Source: Microbacterium phage Pumpernickel. Taken from it: a stretch of DNA of 24,000 nt. Below the pieces are notes generated by a model, which searched no databases, was not told the origin of the DNA, and was given only the letters and a program-made list of their open reading frames with translations. The stretch is from the sequence record OK040790.1; one strand, written 5' to 3'. Made by a program: the position numbers and the translations under genes. This document shows, piece after piece, positions 1 to 8,982 of this stretch. Position 1 is the stretch's first letter, and each line of letters starts with the position of its first letter.

Positions 1-1803
1 ACTCGTAGCGGATCAGACGGATGGCGAATAGTTCCCATCACCATCTCGGGATGGAACTCTTCGGCAACTCCTGTCATCGGAGCTATCGGTACCCGTGCGG
101 CATCTGGTGGAACCTTTTCCACCACCGCACCGAGCATTACTACTCCCGCAAATGACTACACGGCGATGTACATCGCTATGGAGCGCACCAACGCGGTAGA
201 CAATGCGCCTACAATCAACAACGGATTTAGTCTCGTGTTCGAGGCCCACAACACATCCGGAGACGCCAACCCCAACGCTATCGTCCTTGCCGATAAGCCC
301 ATGCCTACGGCGGGAGCTGTGGGCGACACCACTGGAACATTCACCAACAGCCACGCCTCCAATTCCAGCGCATTCCTCTACGCAATTGGCACCGCAAACC
401 AGCCGGTGTCTACGGGTCGGATCGGTGGTCACGCTGTCACACACTCCGGTACCTCGGCTCTTACAGTGGGTGCAGCACGTCTTGGTGGTTCATCTGTTGT
501 GGCTGTACTATACAACTCCTCAGGCACAACGGAACTTCAGCGTTCGACCATGACCGTCAATTCCACCACCTCTTGGGGGAATGCCGTATTTACTGGTCTA
601 ACAGCCGACACCATCTACAGCGTAAAGTTCGAAGTAGACGGTGTGCTTCAGACAGATGTCACAATTGTCCGAGCTAAGACCAAGAAGGCGGCAGGCACCC
701 CCTCCTCCTTCATCGCTATTGGTGGCTCCTGTCAGTTCACGGCGTCCAACAATCCTGTGTTCCGTGCAATGGCTGACAAGAATCCCGAATTCATCAGCCA
801 CATGGGAGACCTTCACTACGCCGATCCTACTACGGATACGGCATGGCGCACAGCGGTCAATTCCAGCCTCACGGCCTCAAACTTCCAGTACATGCTTGAT
901 CGCATCCCTTTCCATTGGACGTGGGACAATCACGACCGCATCATCCTCGATGCGGGTGCGTCGGCATCCCCACTGAACATGGGCTACACGGACCCTGCAA
1001 CGAATACTCAGTGGCGTACGTTCTCGGGTACCGTCCCGGACTACCTCTCTAGCGACTCTGCGGGCCGTATGTGGCAGGTAGGGCGCGTCATGTTCATCCA
1101 GACCGACAACTGGACGATGAAGGACGATCCGGACGCTGTGGCGGAGCCTAGAACATTCCTAGGTGCTGCCCAGAAGCAGGCCTTTAAGAACGCTCTACAG
1201 GCCGCGAATGATTCCTCAGATGTGGCTCTGGTTGTGTGGTGGTGCTCCTGGACCGCGCTCAACAACGCAAATGGCCGTTGGGCCTCATTCAACGCTGAGA
1301 CTACCGAACTAGAGAACTTCATCGATGCTCGACCCAATCTCAAGAAGAAGATGGTCATTATCGGTGGAGACTCCCATTCTCTTCAGGCTGACTCAGGCAC
1401 TCGCACAGGGACGCAGTATCGATTCAAGGGCATCCCATCCCTCAACATCTCTGGATTCAACCGCAATAGTTGGACCGGGGACGGCACTACCGGATGGGAC
1501 ATTGCCAACGGCGCGATCACTATCACCAATACCCCAGAGCAGGGCTGGGGCGCTTACAGTCTTCTGACGATCACAGACAACGGCAAGGAATTGCGCTTCC
1601 GTTGGGAAGCCAAGCGCGTACATCAGACCGGAACTACCACGTATACTGAAGATACCATTGCTTTCTTTGAACGCAGCTACGGTACAGATATTCAGAACGC
1701 CTACATGGGCAATACCCAGGCACAGTTTGTGTCAATGGGGAACACTCGACTATGGACCCGAGAGGATAAGGGCAGTGCCTACACCCCTGGAACAGTTGCG
1801 TAG
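1..1803 (+). CDS. Phage tail/receptor-binding-type protein with PhoD-like metallophosphatase domain, 5' end truncated by window edge
   Basis: Frame 1 is open from base 1 (the listed 166 ATG is internal: TRSGSDGWRIVPITISGWNSSATPVIGAIG...). Metallophosphatase-like motifs GSCQFTA, HMGDLHYAD, TWDNHD, IIGGDSHS. Followed by a spike-like gene. Confidence 0.8.
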   Translation, partial: TRSGSDGWRIVPITISGWNSSATPVIGAIGTRAASGGTFSTTAPSITTPANDYTAMYIAMERTNAVDNAPTINNGFSLVFEAHNTSGDANPNAIVLADKPMPTAGAVGDTTGTFTNSHASNSSAFLYAIGTANQPVSTGRIGGHAVTHSGTSALTVGAARLGGSSVVAVLYNSSGTTELQRSTMTVNSTTSWGNAVFTGLTADTIYSVKFEVDGVLQTDVTIVRAKTKKAAGTPSSFIAIGGSCQFTASNNPVFRAMADKNPEFISHMGDLHYADPTTDTAWRTAVNSSLTASNFQYMLDRIPFHWTWDNHDRIILDAGASASPLNMGYTDPATNTQWRTFSGTVPDYLSSDSAGRMWQVGRVMFIQTDNWTMKDDPDAVAEPRTFLGAAQKQAFKNALQAANDSSDVALVVWWCSWTALNNANGRWASFNAETTELENFIDARPNLKKKMVIIGGDSHSLQADSGTRTGTQYRFKGIPSLNISGFNRNSWTGDGTTGWDIANGAITITNTPEQGWGAYSLLTITDNGKELRFRWEAKRVHQTGTTTYTEDTIAFFERSYGTDIQNAYMGNTQAQFVSMGNTRLWTREDKGSAYTPGTVA

Positions 1804-1819
1804 TCGTCTATTTGAGAAC

Positions 1820-1999
1820 ATGGAGACCCTAGGGTATTCCAGAGAAGATGACAGTGATCTCTTCGACTATGCCAATAGATGGTGCATTTCGAATCAGAAC
1901 ATGAATCTCTCCCCCGATGAGTTCTTTGAACTCTTCATGCAGAGCTACGGCGTGTCTCTTTACAACGAGCACGGTATTGTCCCGGAGGACGATGATTAA
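1820..1999 (+). CDS. Small hypothetical protein (59 aa)
   Basis: ATG 1820, METLGYSREDDSDLFDYANRWCISNQNMNLSPDEFFELF..., fits tightly between 1803 and 2002. Confidence 0.6.
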   Translation: METLGYSREDDSDLFDYANRWCISNQNMNLSPDEFFELFMQSYGVSLYNEHGIVPEDDD

Positions 2000-2001
2000 C
2001 T

Positions 2002-3294
2002 ATGACCATTCATGATGACGCACTCTCGGCATTCCGAGCAGTGTACGACGATGAGCTAGCCGGTAAGGAAGACCAGATTACCGCTCTCGCAGAGAGCCTT
2101 GCAGACGCCGAGAGCGCCCGCGATACGGCTCTACAGGAGTTGAATGTCTCCAAGAACCTTCTGGCTACCTCATTTGAGCAGATCGAAAATCTTTCAGCTA
2201 CGGTTCGCGCTCGCGAAGCCGCTATCGCAGAGCTACAGGCCCGGATCAAGGAGCTTGAAGGCCAGATTGCTCCGCCTGCGCCTGTCCGTCCTGAAGGTGC
2301 AGGTTTCGTGAAGGCAGAAAGCCTCACCAAGAAGGCGACCCTCACGGCAACCTACGCTGCCGCTCCTAGCGGATCGCAGATCACGCTTCCTGCCGAGACC
2401 GCTGAGTTCGGTGACTTCACTATGTACGACACTCGTACTGTGGGTGCATACGGAATCGGCGTGTACCTCGTCAAGGGCCTTCGTGGTCTCCGTGGTTCTG
2501 GCATTGACAAGAGCATTGTCCGCCAGACGCCGGGAGTTTCGACTCGAAAGAGCCAGGTCCCTCCGAACCCGCCTGCGGGAACGGTGAACTACCTCAACGC
2601 CGGGACCAACAACCTCTACTACGTTCGTCTGGGTAACACGGACGGGGCTGTAACGGTCACCGACCTGACCATTCAGGGCACAGATCAGGGTCATGAGTAT
2701 AATGGTCTCCAGATTTACGAGGCCCAGGAATCTCTACTTGAGCGCGTGAAGGTCACCGGAATCCCCGGAAGCTCTAGCGCCAACCCTGGCGAGACATTCA
2801 GCATCAACATCTTCCGCTCGCACAAGACCACGGCCCGCAACATCGAGATCGATGGTCGCCGTGACGGTGTGGCGGTGGCGGCTGCGGCTATCGGTGTCAA
2901 CTTCTCCGACAACGTGCTCATCGAGAACTCCTACCTACACGACACCAAGTACGGTCACGGTATCGCCTGGTTTACCTGCAACAACGCCACGATGCGTAAC
3001 GTCAAGTTCCGCAACATCGGTGGCGAGGTCTGCGCCAACTTCGAGCGCATGGCGGGCACGGTCATCCTGGAGAAGTGTGACTTCGGCTCCGGAGGACGCC
3101 AGGCCCACATGATGCTTCAGTCGGACACGACCAGTGCTGTCGTGAAGATCATCGATCCGATTTTCACCGGAGAGAAGTTCAACCTCCGCACAGGCGGTGG
3201 CTACCAGGGCAATCCCAACAAGCAGATCGTCTCGGACATCAAGCTCATCATCAACGGTGTTGAGCGTCCTGATCTACTAAATATCATGAGATAA
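2002..3294 (+). CDS. Putative tail spike/fiber: N-terminal coiled coil, C-terminal pectate-lyase-like right-handed beta-helix
   Basis: 430 aa. Heptad-rich N-term (LAESLADAESARDTALQEL...IENLSATVRAREAAIAELQARIKELEGQ). C-term turns such as GIDKSIVRQTP, YNGLQIYEAQESLLERVKV, NVLIENSYLHDTKYGHGIAW. Confidence 0.72.
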   Translation: MTIHDDALSAFRAVYDDELAGKEDQITALAESLADAESARDTALQELNVSKNLLATSFEQIENLSATVRAREAAIAELQARIKELEGQIAPPAPVRPEGAGFVKAESLTKKATLTATYAAAPSGSQITLPAETAEFGDFTMYDTRTVGAYGIGVYLVKGLRGLRGSGIDKSIVRQTPGVSTRKSQVPPNPPAGTVNYLNAGTNNLYYVRLGNTDGAVTVTDLTIQGTDQGHEYNGLQIYEAQESLLERVKVTGIPGSSSANPGETFSINIFRSHKTTARNIEIDGRRDGVAVAAAAIGVNFSDNVLIENSYLHDTKYGHGIAWFTCNNATMRNVKFRNIGGEVCANFERMAGTVILEKCDFGSGGRQAHMMLQSDTTSAVVKIIDPIFTGEKFNLRTGGGYQGNPNKQIVSDIKLIINGVERPDLLNIMR

Positions 3295-3295
3295 G

Positions 3296-3325
3296 TTGTG
3301 CTTGAGGCCGGGTGCGTGGTACACT
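3296..3325 (+). promoter_or_regulatory. Predicted promoter TTGTGC-N18-TACACT
   Basis: -35 at 3296-3301, -10 at 3320-3325, preceded by TGG (extended -10). ATG 3333 is 7 nt after the -10. Confidence 0.5.
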
Positions 3326-3332
3326 CGGCCTC

Positions 3333-3941
3333 ATGCGAATTCTAGGCGATTTGGATGGAACAGTCGCGCACTTTGATCGTAAGTACGATCTTCTCCGCGA
3401 AGAATTGTTCCCTCATCTTACAGGCATTCCCCACTCCAGCAAGCAGGTTAGCTTCAATCTCTGGACTGACCGCACCCCTGAAGAGCAGGATGCAATCCGG
3501 CAGATCATGAATCATCCCGGATTTTACCGTGACCTCGAAGTGATGGAGGGGGCGGTTGAGGCTTTCCACGAGATGGAGGCCGAAGGTCATGAGGTGTTCT
3601 TTCTCTCGGCTCCGTGGGTGACCAATGAGACCTGTGCATCAGACAAGTATGCGTGGGTTGAAGAGATGTTCGGTGAGGGGTGGTCTAACAAGCTGATCCT
3701 TGCCAAGGATAAGACTGTCGTCTCAGGCGACATTCTCTTTGACGATAAGGAACCGATCCCCCACAAGGAACGGGCCGACTGGACCCAGGTCTATATCGAC
3801 CAGCCCTACAACAAGTCTGCTACGGGTTTCCGTCTATACAACTGGTCAGACTGGAAGAGTGTTGTCTCTCAGGTCGAGGACTATCGCAACACCCTCAAGT
3901 GGCAGCTATTCGAAGACATCGGAGAGATCAAGTACGCATGA
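3333..3941 (+). CDS. 5'(3')-deoxyribonucleotidase-like HAD phosphatase
   Basis: ATG 3333; MRILGDLDGTVAHFDRKYDLL (DxDGT), FFLSAPW, KDKTVVSGDILFDDKE; NT5C-like architecture. Listed start 3312 lies upstream and would overlap the predicted -10. Confidence 0.72.
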   Translation: MRILGDLDGTVAHFDRKYDLLREELFPHLTGIPHSSKQVSFNLWTDRTPEEQDAIRQIMNHPGFYRDLEVMEGAVEAFHEMEAEGHEVFFLSAPWVTNETCASDKYAWVEEMFGEGWSNKLILAKDKTVVSGDILFDDKEPIPHKERADWTQVYIDQPYNKSATGFRLYNWSDWKSVVSQVEDYRNTLKWQLFEDIGEIKYA

Positions 3942-4585
3942 CCGGACCAAGGATCGTAGGTATCGGTGGTAAGCTGGCTTCCGGCAAGGACGCTATCGCG
4001 GATCACCTCGTGGAGAAGCACGGTTGGGTCAAGTTCGGTATGTCCGATGCGCTCGCTGAAGCGCTCTATGTTTTGAACCCGTCTGTACCTGCTCATGGAT
4101 GGACTCAGCACCTTGGGTGGTTCCGTAACTGGCTGTTCAATACCTTCTTCGGGAAGAGCCAGATCGGGGCCGGGTTCTGGGTGCCCTACCAGTATCTAGT
4201 GGACGAGTTTGGATACGTAGAGGCGAAGAGGAACCCTGAGGTTCGTCGTCTTCTCCAGGTCCTCGGAACCGAAGTCGGTCGTAAAATGATCGATGAAGAT
4301 GTCTGGACCAACATCGCCGCCCGCAAGGTTCGCGAGGCTCGTCAGGCAGGCGCACCCGGAGTAATTCTTACGGGGATTAGATACCCCAATGAGCTTGACA
4401 TGATCTATCACGAACTCTCAGGAGAAACGTGGTGGGTTAATCGCCCTGACCTTAAGGGGTCCGCGAAGAGCGCAGAGCACTCGTCGGAGAACAGCGTATC
4501 ATCCGTTGACTTCGAGCGAGTCATACAGAACACTGGTACACTAGAAGAGCTTTACCAGAAGGTAGACAAGCTGATTGGAGGATGA
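3938..4585 (+). CDS. Deoxynucleoside monophosphate kinase-like protein
   Basis: ATG 3938 overlaps upstream TGA (ATGA). P-loop-like GIGGKLASGKDAIADHL, then FGMSDALAEAL, LQVLGTEVGRKMIDEDVW; resembles phage dNMP kinases. Confidence 0.7.
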   Translation: MTGPRIVGIGGKLASGKDAIADHLVEKHGWVKFGMSDALAEALYVLNPSVPAHGWTQHLGWFRNWLFNTFFGKSQIGAGFWVPYQYLVDEFGYVEAKRNPEVRRLLQVLGTEVGRKMIDEDVWTNIAARKVREARQAGAPGVILTGIRYPNELDMIYHELSGETWWVNRPDLKGSAKSAEHSSENSVSSVDFERVIQNTGTLEELYQKVDKLIGG

Positions 4586-4586
4586 C

Positions 4587-4970
4587 ATGTCTGACGCACT
4601 CGCGTTGCAGTTTCGTCGCGGGCGCAAGCGCGTCCAGCTAGTCATCATGCCCTATAGCCTGAACACCTCAATCGTGGCCTACATGCGTATGTTCCGGGCC
4701 AACGACACTCCTGAGCCTAGTAAGGGCTGGAGGATCGTTGGCTCGGTTGGCATGCCTGTGACTCTTCGATTCGATGAGATCGGTGAGTTCGAGGCTGACG
4801 CCATGATGGACGAGATTCTTCGGTCCCCGTGGGTTGCCTCTTCACAGAGGGTCACGGAGGTCAAGGGTTTCGTTCCCATGAACTCCTACGACGAGGCTGA
4901 CGTGCGTATGGATCGCCTTCCTTCTGGGCTTCTCGGAGACATTCGAGAGAAGTTCGAAGATTGGGCTTGA
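4587..4970 (+). CDS. Hypothetical protein (127 aa)
   Basis: ATG 4587 preceded by GGAGG (TTGGAGGATGACATG). Confidence 0.65.
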   Translation: MSDALALQFRRGRKRVQLVIMPYSLNTSIVAYMRMFRANDTPEPSKGWRIVGSVGMPVTLRFDEIGEFEADAMMDEILRSPWVASSQRVTEVKGFVPMNSYDEADVRMDRLPSGLLGDIREKFEDWA

Positions 4971-4995
4971 CACGCTAGATCGCCTCCTGTAGTGT
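4967..4995 (+). promoter_or_regulatory. Predicted promoter TTGACA-N17-TAGTGT
   Basis: -35 4967-4972 (contains the TGA stop 4968-4970), -10 4990-4995, drives 5036 CDS. Confidence 0.65.
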
Positions 4996-5035
4996 TGTGG
5001 ACAGGTAAGCAAACCACTACAACGACAAGGACATC

Positions 5036-5476
5036 ATGGCTGCACCGACCATCTACTTCGAGTACCACGACGAAGAGGACAGCGTTTCACAGTTCATCTT
5101 CGTCCCGAAGACGGCACGAGCGGACGGGTCTCTGACTCTCCCGGTGCTGTTCTCTCGGACGGTCACCCCGACCAACCCCCAGCGGACCTACCAGCGCGTG
5201 GCAGGATCGGCACAGGAAACGGTCTACGGCCCCCTCTCTGCACAGAAGGCGGCTGTGGAGGCGGCTCCCTCGCTGAACGATCTTCTCCCTTCGCTGACCC
5301 TGGTTCTGGGTGACCCCCGCCAGAAGCTCTACGAGGAGCCTGTCGTCGTCTATATCTCGGATGCCGAGGTGGAAGAGATGGCAGAGGAGCTTGTGCTCCC
5401 CCGTACGCTCCGTGACCGAATTGACCGCACTCGTTCCAGCCTCGGCTGGAAGGACCTTCCGAAGAGGAACGCCTGA
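5036..5476 (+). CDS. Hypothetical protein (146 aa)
   Basis: ATG 5036 with AAGGAC SD-like site; MAAPTIYFEYHDEEDSVSQFIFVPK... Confidence 0.7.
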   Translation: MAAPTIYFEYHDEEDSVSQFIFVPKTARADGSLTLPVLFSRTVTPTNPQRTYQRVAGSAQETVYGPLSAQKAAVEAAPSLNDLLPSLTLVLGDPRQKLYEEPVVVYISDAEVEEMAEELVLPRTLRDRIDRTRSSLGWKDLPKRNA

Positions 5477-5478
5477 TC

Positions 5479-6561
5479 ATGACCATTTCTTTCCCCGATA
5501 CTCACTCGGCAGCGGTTCGCGCCCTTGCCGCCGCGAAGACCGAGGTTGCGCTCCTCGACCCGAAGAGCAACGCCGTTCAGCGCGTGGTCAACAAGCTGGA
5601 GGCTTCCCGCACTGCGGGTGAGCCGGAGCTTGCCACGCTTCTGCTCGCCGCCGCTGGTCACCACGACAGCGACGAGCTTGCGGAGCTTCTGCTCGCAATG
5701 ACCCCCGAGAGCGGACAGGTCAAGGGCCGTTCGAAGGCCGCTCCTGCGAAGGACGTTCTCGCCACGGCGGACAAGTTCATCCGCCCCAACGGTGAGCCGT
5801 ACTACGCTCGCCCGTGGGGTGATGACCTCGACGTGAACGTGCTCCGCAAGGCGCGCGAGCACAACGCCTACCCCATCTTCATGGGTCCTCCCGGAACCGG
5901 AAAGACGGCTCTGGCTGAGGCCGCGTTCGGTGAGGAACTGATCACGGTCGTCGGCTCGGGCGACACCGAGGTGGCGGACCTGGTTGGGTCCTTCATCCCG
6001 AACCCGGACGGTACGGGCGGCTACATCTGGGTTGACGGTCCTCTGATCGTCGCTCTGGAAGAGGGTCGTCCCTTCCTCCTGGACGAGATCGGTCTGATCG
6101 ACACCAAGGTTCTCGCGGCTCTCTACGGCACCATCGACGGTCGGCGTGAGCTTGTCGTGACGGCGAACCCCGCCAAGGGCATCGTCAAGGCAAAGGAAGG
6201 CTTCTTCGTCATCGGAGCTACCAACCCCAACGCGCCCGGTGTGCGCCTCTCTGAGGCTCTGCTGTCTCGCTTCACCCTCCAGGCCGAGGTCACCACGGAC
6301 TGGGGTCTCGCGGCCCGTCTGGGCGTCTGGCCCAAGATCGTGACCGTGGCGGAGAACCTGGCGAAGCGTCAGCGCGAGGGTCGTATCTCGTGGGCACCTC
6401 AGTTCCGTGAGCTTCTGGCCTTCCGGGACGTGGAGAAGGTCTTCGGTCGCGACTTCGCGATTGCCAACCTTCTCGCGGTTTGCCCCGAGGAGGATCGTGA
6501 TGAGGTCGTGGGCCTGGTGACTCAGGCGGTCGGTACCCGACCGAAGCCCGCCCGCATCTAA
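5479..6561 (+). CDS. MoxR/CbbQ-like AAA+ ATPase
   Basis: Walker A MGPPGTGKTAL, Walker B PFLLDEIGLID, sensor-1-like GATNPNAPG, arrangement typical of MoxR-type ATPases. Confidence 0.85.
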   Translation: MTISFPDTHSAAVRALAAAKTEVALLDPKSNAVQRVVNKLEASRTAGEPELATLLLAAAGHHDSDELAELLLAMTPESGQVKGRSKAAPAKDVLATADKFIRPNGEPYYARPWGDDLDVNVLRKAREHNAYPIFMGPPGTGKTALAEAAFGEELITVVGSGDTEVADLVGSFIPNPDGTGGYIWVDGPLIVALEEGRPFLLDEIGLIDTKVLAALYGTIDGRRELVVTANPAKGIVKAKEGFFVIGATNPNAPGVRLSEALLSRFTLQAEVTTDWGLAARLGVWPKIVTVAENLAKRQREGRISWAPQFRELLAFRDVEKVFGRDFAIANLLAVCPEEDRDEVVGLVTQAVGTRPKPARI

Positions 6562-6567
6562 TACACT

Positions 6568-6612
6568 GCCCCCGGGTCCCTTGTCGTTGGGGGACTCGGG
6601 GGCTTCTCTCTT
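6568..6612 (+). terminator. Rho-independent terminator
   Basis: GCCCCCGGGTCCC (6568-6580) pairs with GGGACTCGGGGGC (6591-6603) with one G-U; followed by TTCTCTCTT. Lies 7 nt after the 6561 stop. Confidence 0.75.
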
Positions 6613-6639
6613 GACTTCCGATCCGGCGACTGATAAGAT
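6611..6639 (+). promoter_or_regulatory. Predicted promoter TTGACT-N17-TAAGAT
   Basis: -35 6611-6616 directly after terminator, -10 6634-6639 with TGA extended -10. Confidence 0.6.
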
Positions 6640-6673
6640 TTTAGTACGACACCGATTGACAGAAAGATGTCTT

Positions 6674-8941
6674 ATGATTCTCGATGACAAGACCGTAGAG
6701 GTCACGTCCAACTTCGAGTTCGATGAAGAGCAGGAAATGGGCATCAGTGCTGGTGCCAAGGCGATCATTATCGGTCACCTGATTTCTCAGTACTCGGACC
6801 CCTACCTTGCGTGTCTACGCGAGTACACGTCCAATGCTCTGGACTCACACCGCGAGGCTGGTACTACTCGGGCTGTGGAGGTGACCCTTCCCACCGCTCT
6901 GTCTCAGAATCTCGTCTTCCGCGACTTCGGAACAGGCCTCACCCGTGAGGAAATGAAGGGCTTCGGTCAGTTCGGTGACTCCACCAAGCGAGACTCCAAC
7001 GACAAGATCGGAGCCTTCGGCATCGGCTCCAAGTCGGGCCTGGCTATGGCTTCTCAGTTCGTCGTGAAGTCCGTGAAGGACGGGAAGATGAACACGGCTG
7101 TCATCGGTCGCAAGCCGAATAACGAGCCGTTCATGGGCTTCCTGGAGGAGGTCGAATCTGACGAGCCGAATGGCGTGACGATCACCATTCCCACCAGCGA
7201 GAACTATCGTTACTCGAATGCGGTATTCTCCGAAGATTTCTTCCTCGGCTGGGAGCCTGGCAGCATCAAGGTCGATGGACGTATTCCCGAGATTTCGGTC
7301 CACAACGAGAAGCAGTACGCCTACCACGAGGGGCTGGGTTGGGTCCCCATCTGGGGTACGCCCTCAAAGAACCGTACTGTCCGCGCTCTTGTGGGTCCGG
7401 TCCTCTACACCATCGACATGGGCCAGTTCTATGATACTAAGGGCTGGAACAACTACGGCGACAACGCCTTCCACGGTGTTGTGCTGGAGCTTCCTATCGG
7501 ATCGGTCGAGATTGCGCCCTCTCGTGAGGAGCTTATCTACGACAAGAAGACCCGTAAGGCTGTGCAGGAGCGTCTGGACAAGGTTCTCAAGGCCGTATCG
7601 AAGCAGTATGAGATTCGAGCGGAGAACGCCGAGACAGCCCGTGAGGCTATCGAAATTCGCGACCGTGCCAATGCGCTTCACATGAAGACCAAGCACTACA
7701 CCTGGAAGGGCCGGATCATCGACCCCCCTGAGGGTCGATATGGTGCAGGCTGGAGCGCGGAAGAGCGGGCGAAGAGTACCGAGATGATCGCCACCACCGC
7801 CAGGCTGAACTCCAATTCCTGGGAACGGGCCAGAACGAACATTGACGTAATCGATGTCAAGAGTATTCGACCCTGGGATTACCACAGGAACCTCCGCAAT
7901 GTCGTGGTCTTGGGTACTCCCTTCGATGAATCGTCCAAGGTCAGGGATCGCCGCGCCGGGGCAACCAGTGCAGCTACCTTCATCCGAGGATACTTCGAGG
8001 AGGATCATGGCTCTCTTGCTCGACTCTACTTTGTAGAGTACGACAGCAAGGATAAGCTGAACTTCTGGGTCCAGGAAACTGTGGACGAGTTCATTACCTA
8101 CGACCGATACAAGGAAGTGGTAGCCGAAACTCGCAAGGCCACCAGCGCGGCAGCCCGCGCGGCTCGTGCCGCTCGTGCGAAGGTGGGTAAGGTTCCCCAC
8201 ATTCTGGATGTCCGACTCATCGGACCTTACGGGCATCTGGCTAACACGGTCAGAATGGATGATCTAGATCAGACGGACAAGAAGTTCGTCTATATTCAGA
8301 CCAACGAAATCCCTCTCCACGGAGATTTCCGTCGCAGTCTTTACGGCTCCTCGGCTGAGGGTCAGCCTCTTATCGACACGGCTAAGTTGTTTGCCGGTCG
8401 TAGCAAGATCGATCCCGATGTTGTGTTCATCGCTATCAACAAGAGCGACAAGCTTTCTGAGTATCAGAAGGCGATCCCCGGGCTGATTTCTCTGGAGGAA
8501 TACCTCATCGAGAGGATCGAAGAACTCGACTTCAAGACGCTGACCATGAGTCCGGACGAGCTTGACGGTCTGTGGTGTGAAGACACCAGTAACTATCACT
8601 GGATTCGGTACATCAACCAGCAGTTCATCGACAAGATCGAAGACAAGGACACCAAGGCGTGGATGCAGACCATTAGGAAGGTCCGAAAGCCTGACTCTGT
8701 TCCGGGCTGGCTCAAGGAACTCAATAACTACGTCCAGAAGAGAACCCATCCGGGGCTGGCTGACCTCAAAAAGGCTCTCGAAAAGGTAGACTTCGAGAAG
8801 GTCGTACCGAATCAGGGTCGTTCTGCCCGCTACCCTCTCCTGTCCGATTTCTGGCGGATCAAGGGTGATGACGAAGCCTGGTACATCAACGCCCGAGACC
8901 GTGAATACGCTGAAAGCGTTGACACAGAAGAAACCAACTGA
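6674..8941 (+). CDS. rIIA: RIIA-like protein with GHKL-type ATPase domain
   Basis: ATG 6674 (listed 6581 start lies in the terminator hairpin). GHKL motifs LREYTSNALDSHREAG, FRDFGTGLTREE, GAFGIGSKSGLAM; 755 aa; followed by RIIB-like gene. Confidence 0.8.
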   Translation: MILDDKTVEVTSNFEFDEEQEMGISAGAKAIIIGHLISQYSDPYLACLREYTSNALDSHREAGTTRAVEVTLPTALSQNLVFRDFGTGLTREEMKGFGQFGDSTKRDSNDKIGAFGIGSKSGLAMASQFVVKSVKDGKMNTAVIGRKPNNEPFMGFLEEVESDEPNGVTITIPTSENYRYSNAVFSEDFFLGWEPGSIKVDGRIPEISVHNEKQYAYHEGLGWVPIWGTPSKNRTVRALVGPVLYTIDMGQFYDTKGWNNYGDNAFHGVVLELPIGSVEIAPSREELIYDKKTRKAVQERLDKVLKAVSKQYEIRAENAETAREAIEIRDRANALHMKTKHYTWKGRIIDPPEGRYGAGWSAEERAKSTEMIATTARLNSNSWERARTNIDVIDVKSIRPWDYHRNLRNVVVLGTPFDESSKVRDRRAGATSAATFIRGYFEEDHGSLARLYFVEYDSKDKLNFWVQETVDEFITYDRYKEVVAETRKATSAAARAARAARAKVGKVPHILDVRLIGPYGHLANTVRMDDLDQTDKKFVYIQTNEIPLHGDFRRSLYGSSAEGQPLIDTAKLFAGRSKIDPDVVFIAINKSDKLSEYQKAIPGLISLEEYLIERIEELDFKTLTMSPDELDGLWCEDTSNYHWIRYINQQFIDKIEDKDTKAWMQTIRKVRKPDSVPGWLKELNNYVQKRTHPGLADLKKALEKVDFEKVVPNQGRSARYPLLSDFWRIKGDDEAWYINARDREYAESVDTEETN

Positions 8942-8947
8942 TAGACT
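8919..8947 (+). promoter_or_regulatory. Predicted promoter TTGACA-N17-TAGACT
   Basis: -35 8919-8924, -10 8942-8947; RIIA-like stop TGA 8939-8941 forms the extended -10. Confidence 0.7.
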
Positions 8948-8982
8948 CCTAGAGTCGATCCCGACAATGACAGAAGGAAACG

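Noticed and set aside
6581-6673. Upstream GTG/TTG-type start for RIIA-like gene (786-aa version)
   Set aside because: It begins inside the terminator hairpin and would place the promoter within coding sequence; ATG 6674 fits better.
5350-6768. 472-aa minus-strand ORF opposite MoxR-like gene
   Set aside because: Sense strand encodes clear Walker A/B motifs; the antisense product has no recognisable domain and spans the terminator.
7364-8236. 290-aa minus-strand ORF within RIIA-like gene
   Set aside because: Shadow ORF; no independent start signals, sense protein continuous.
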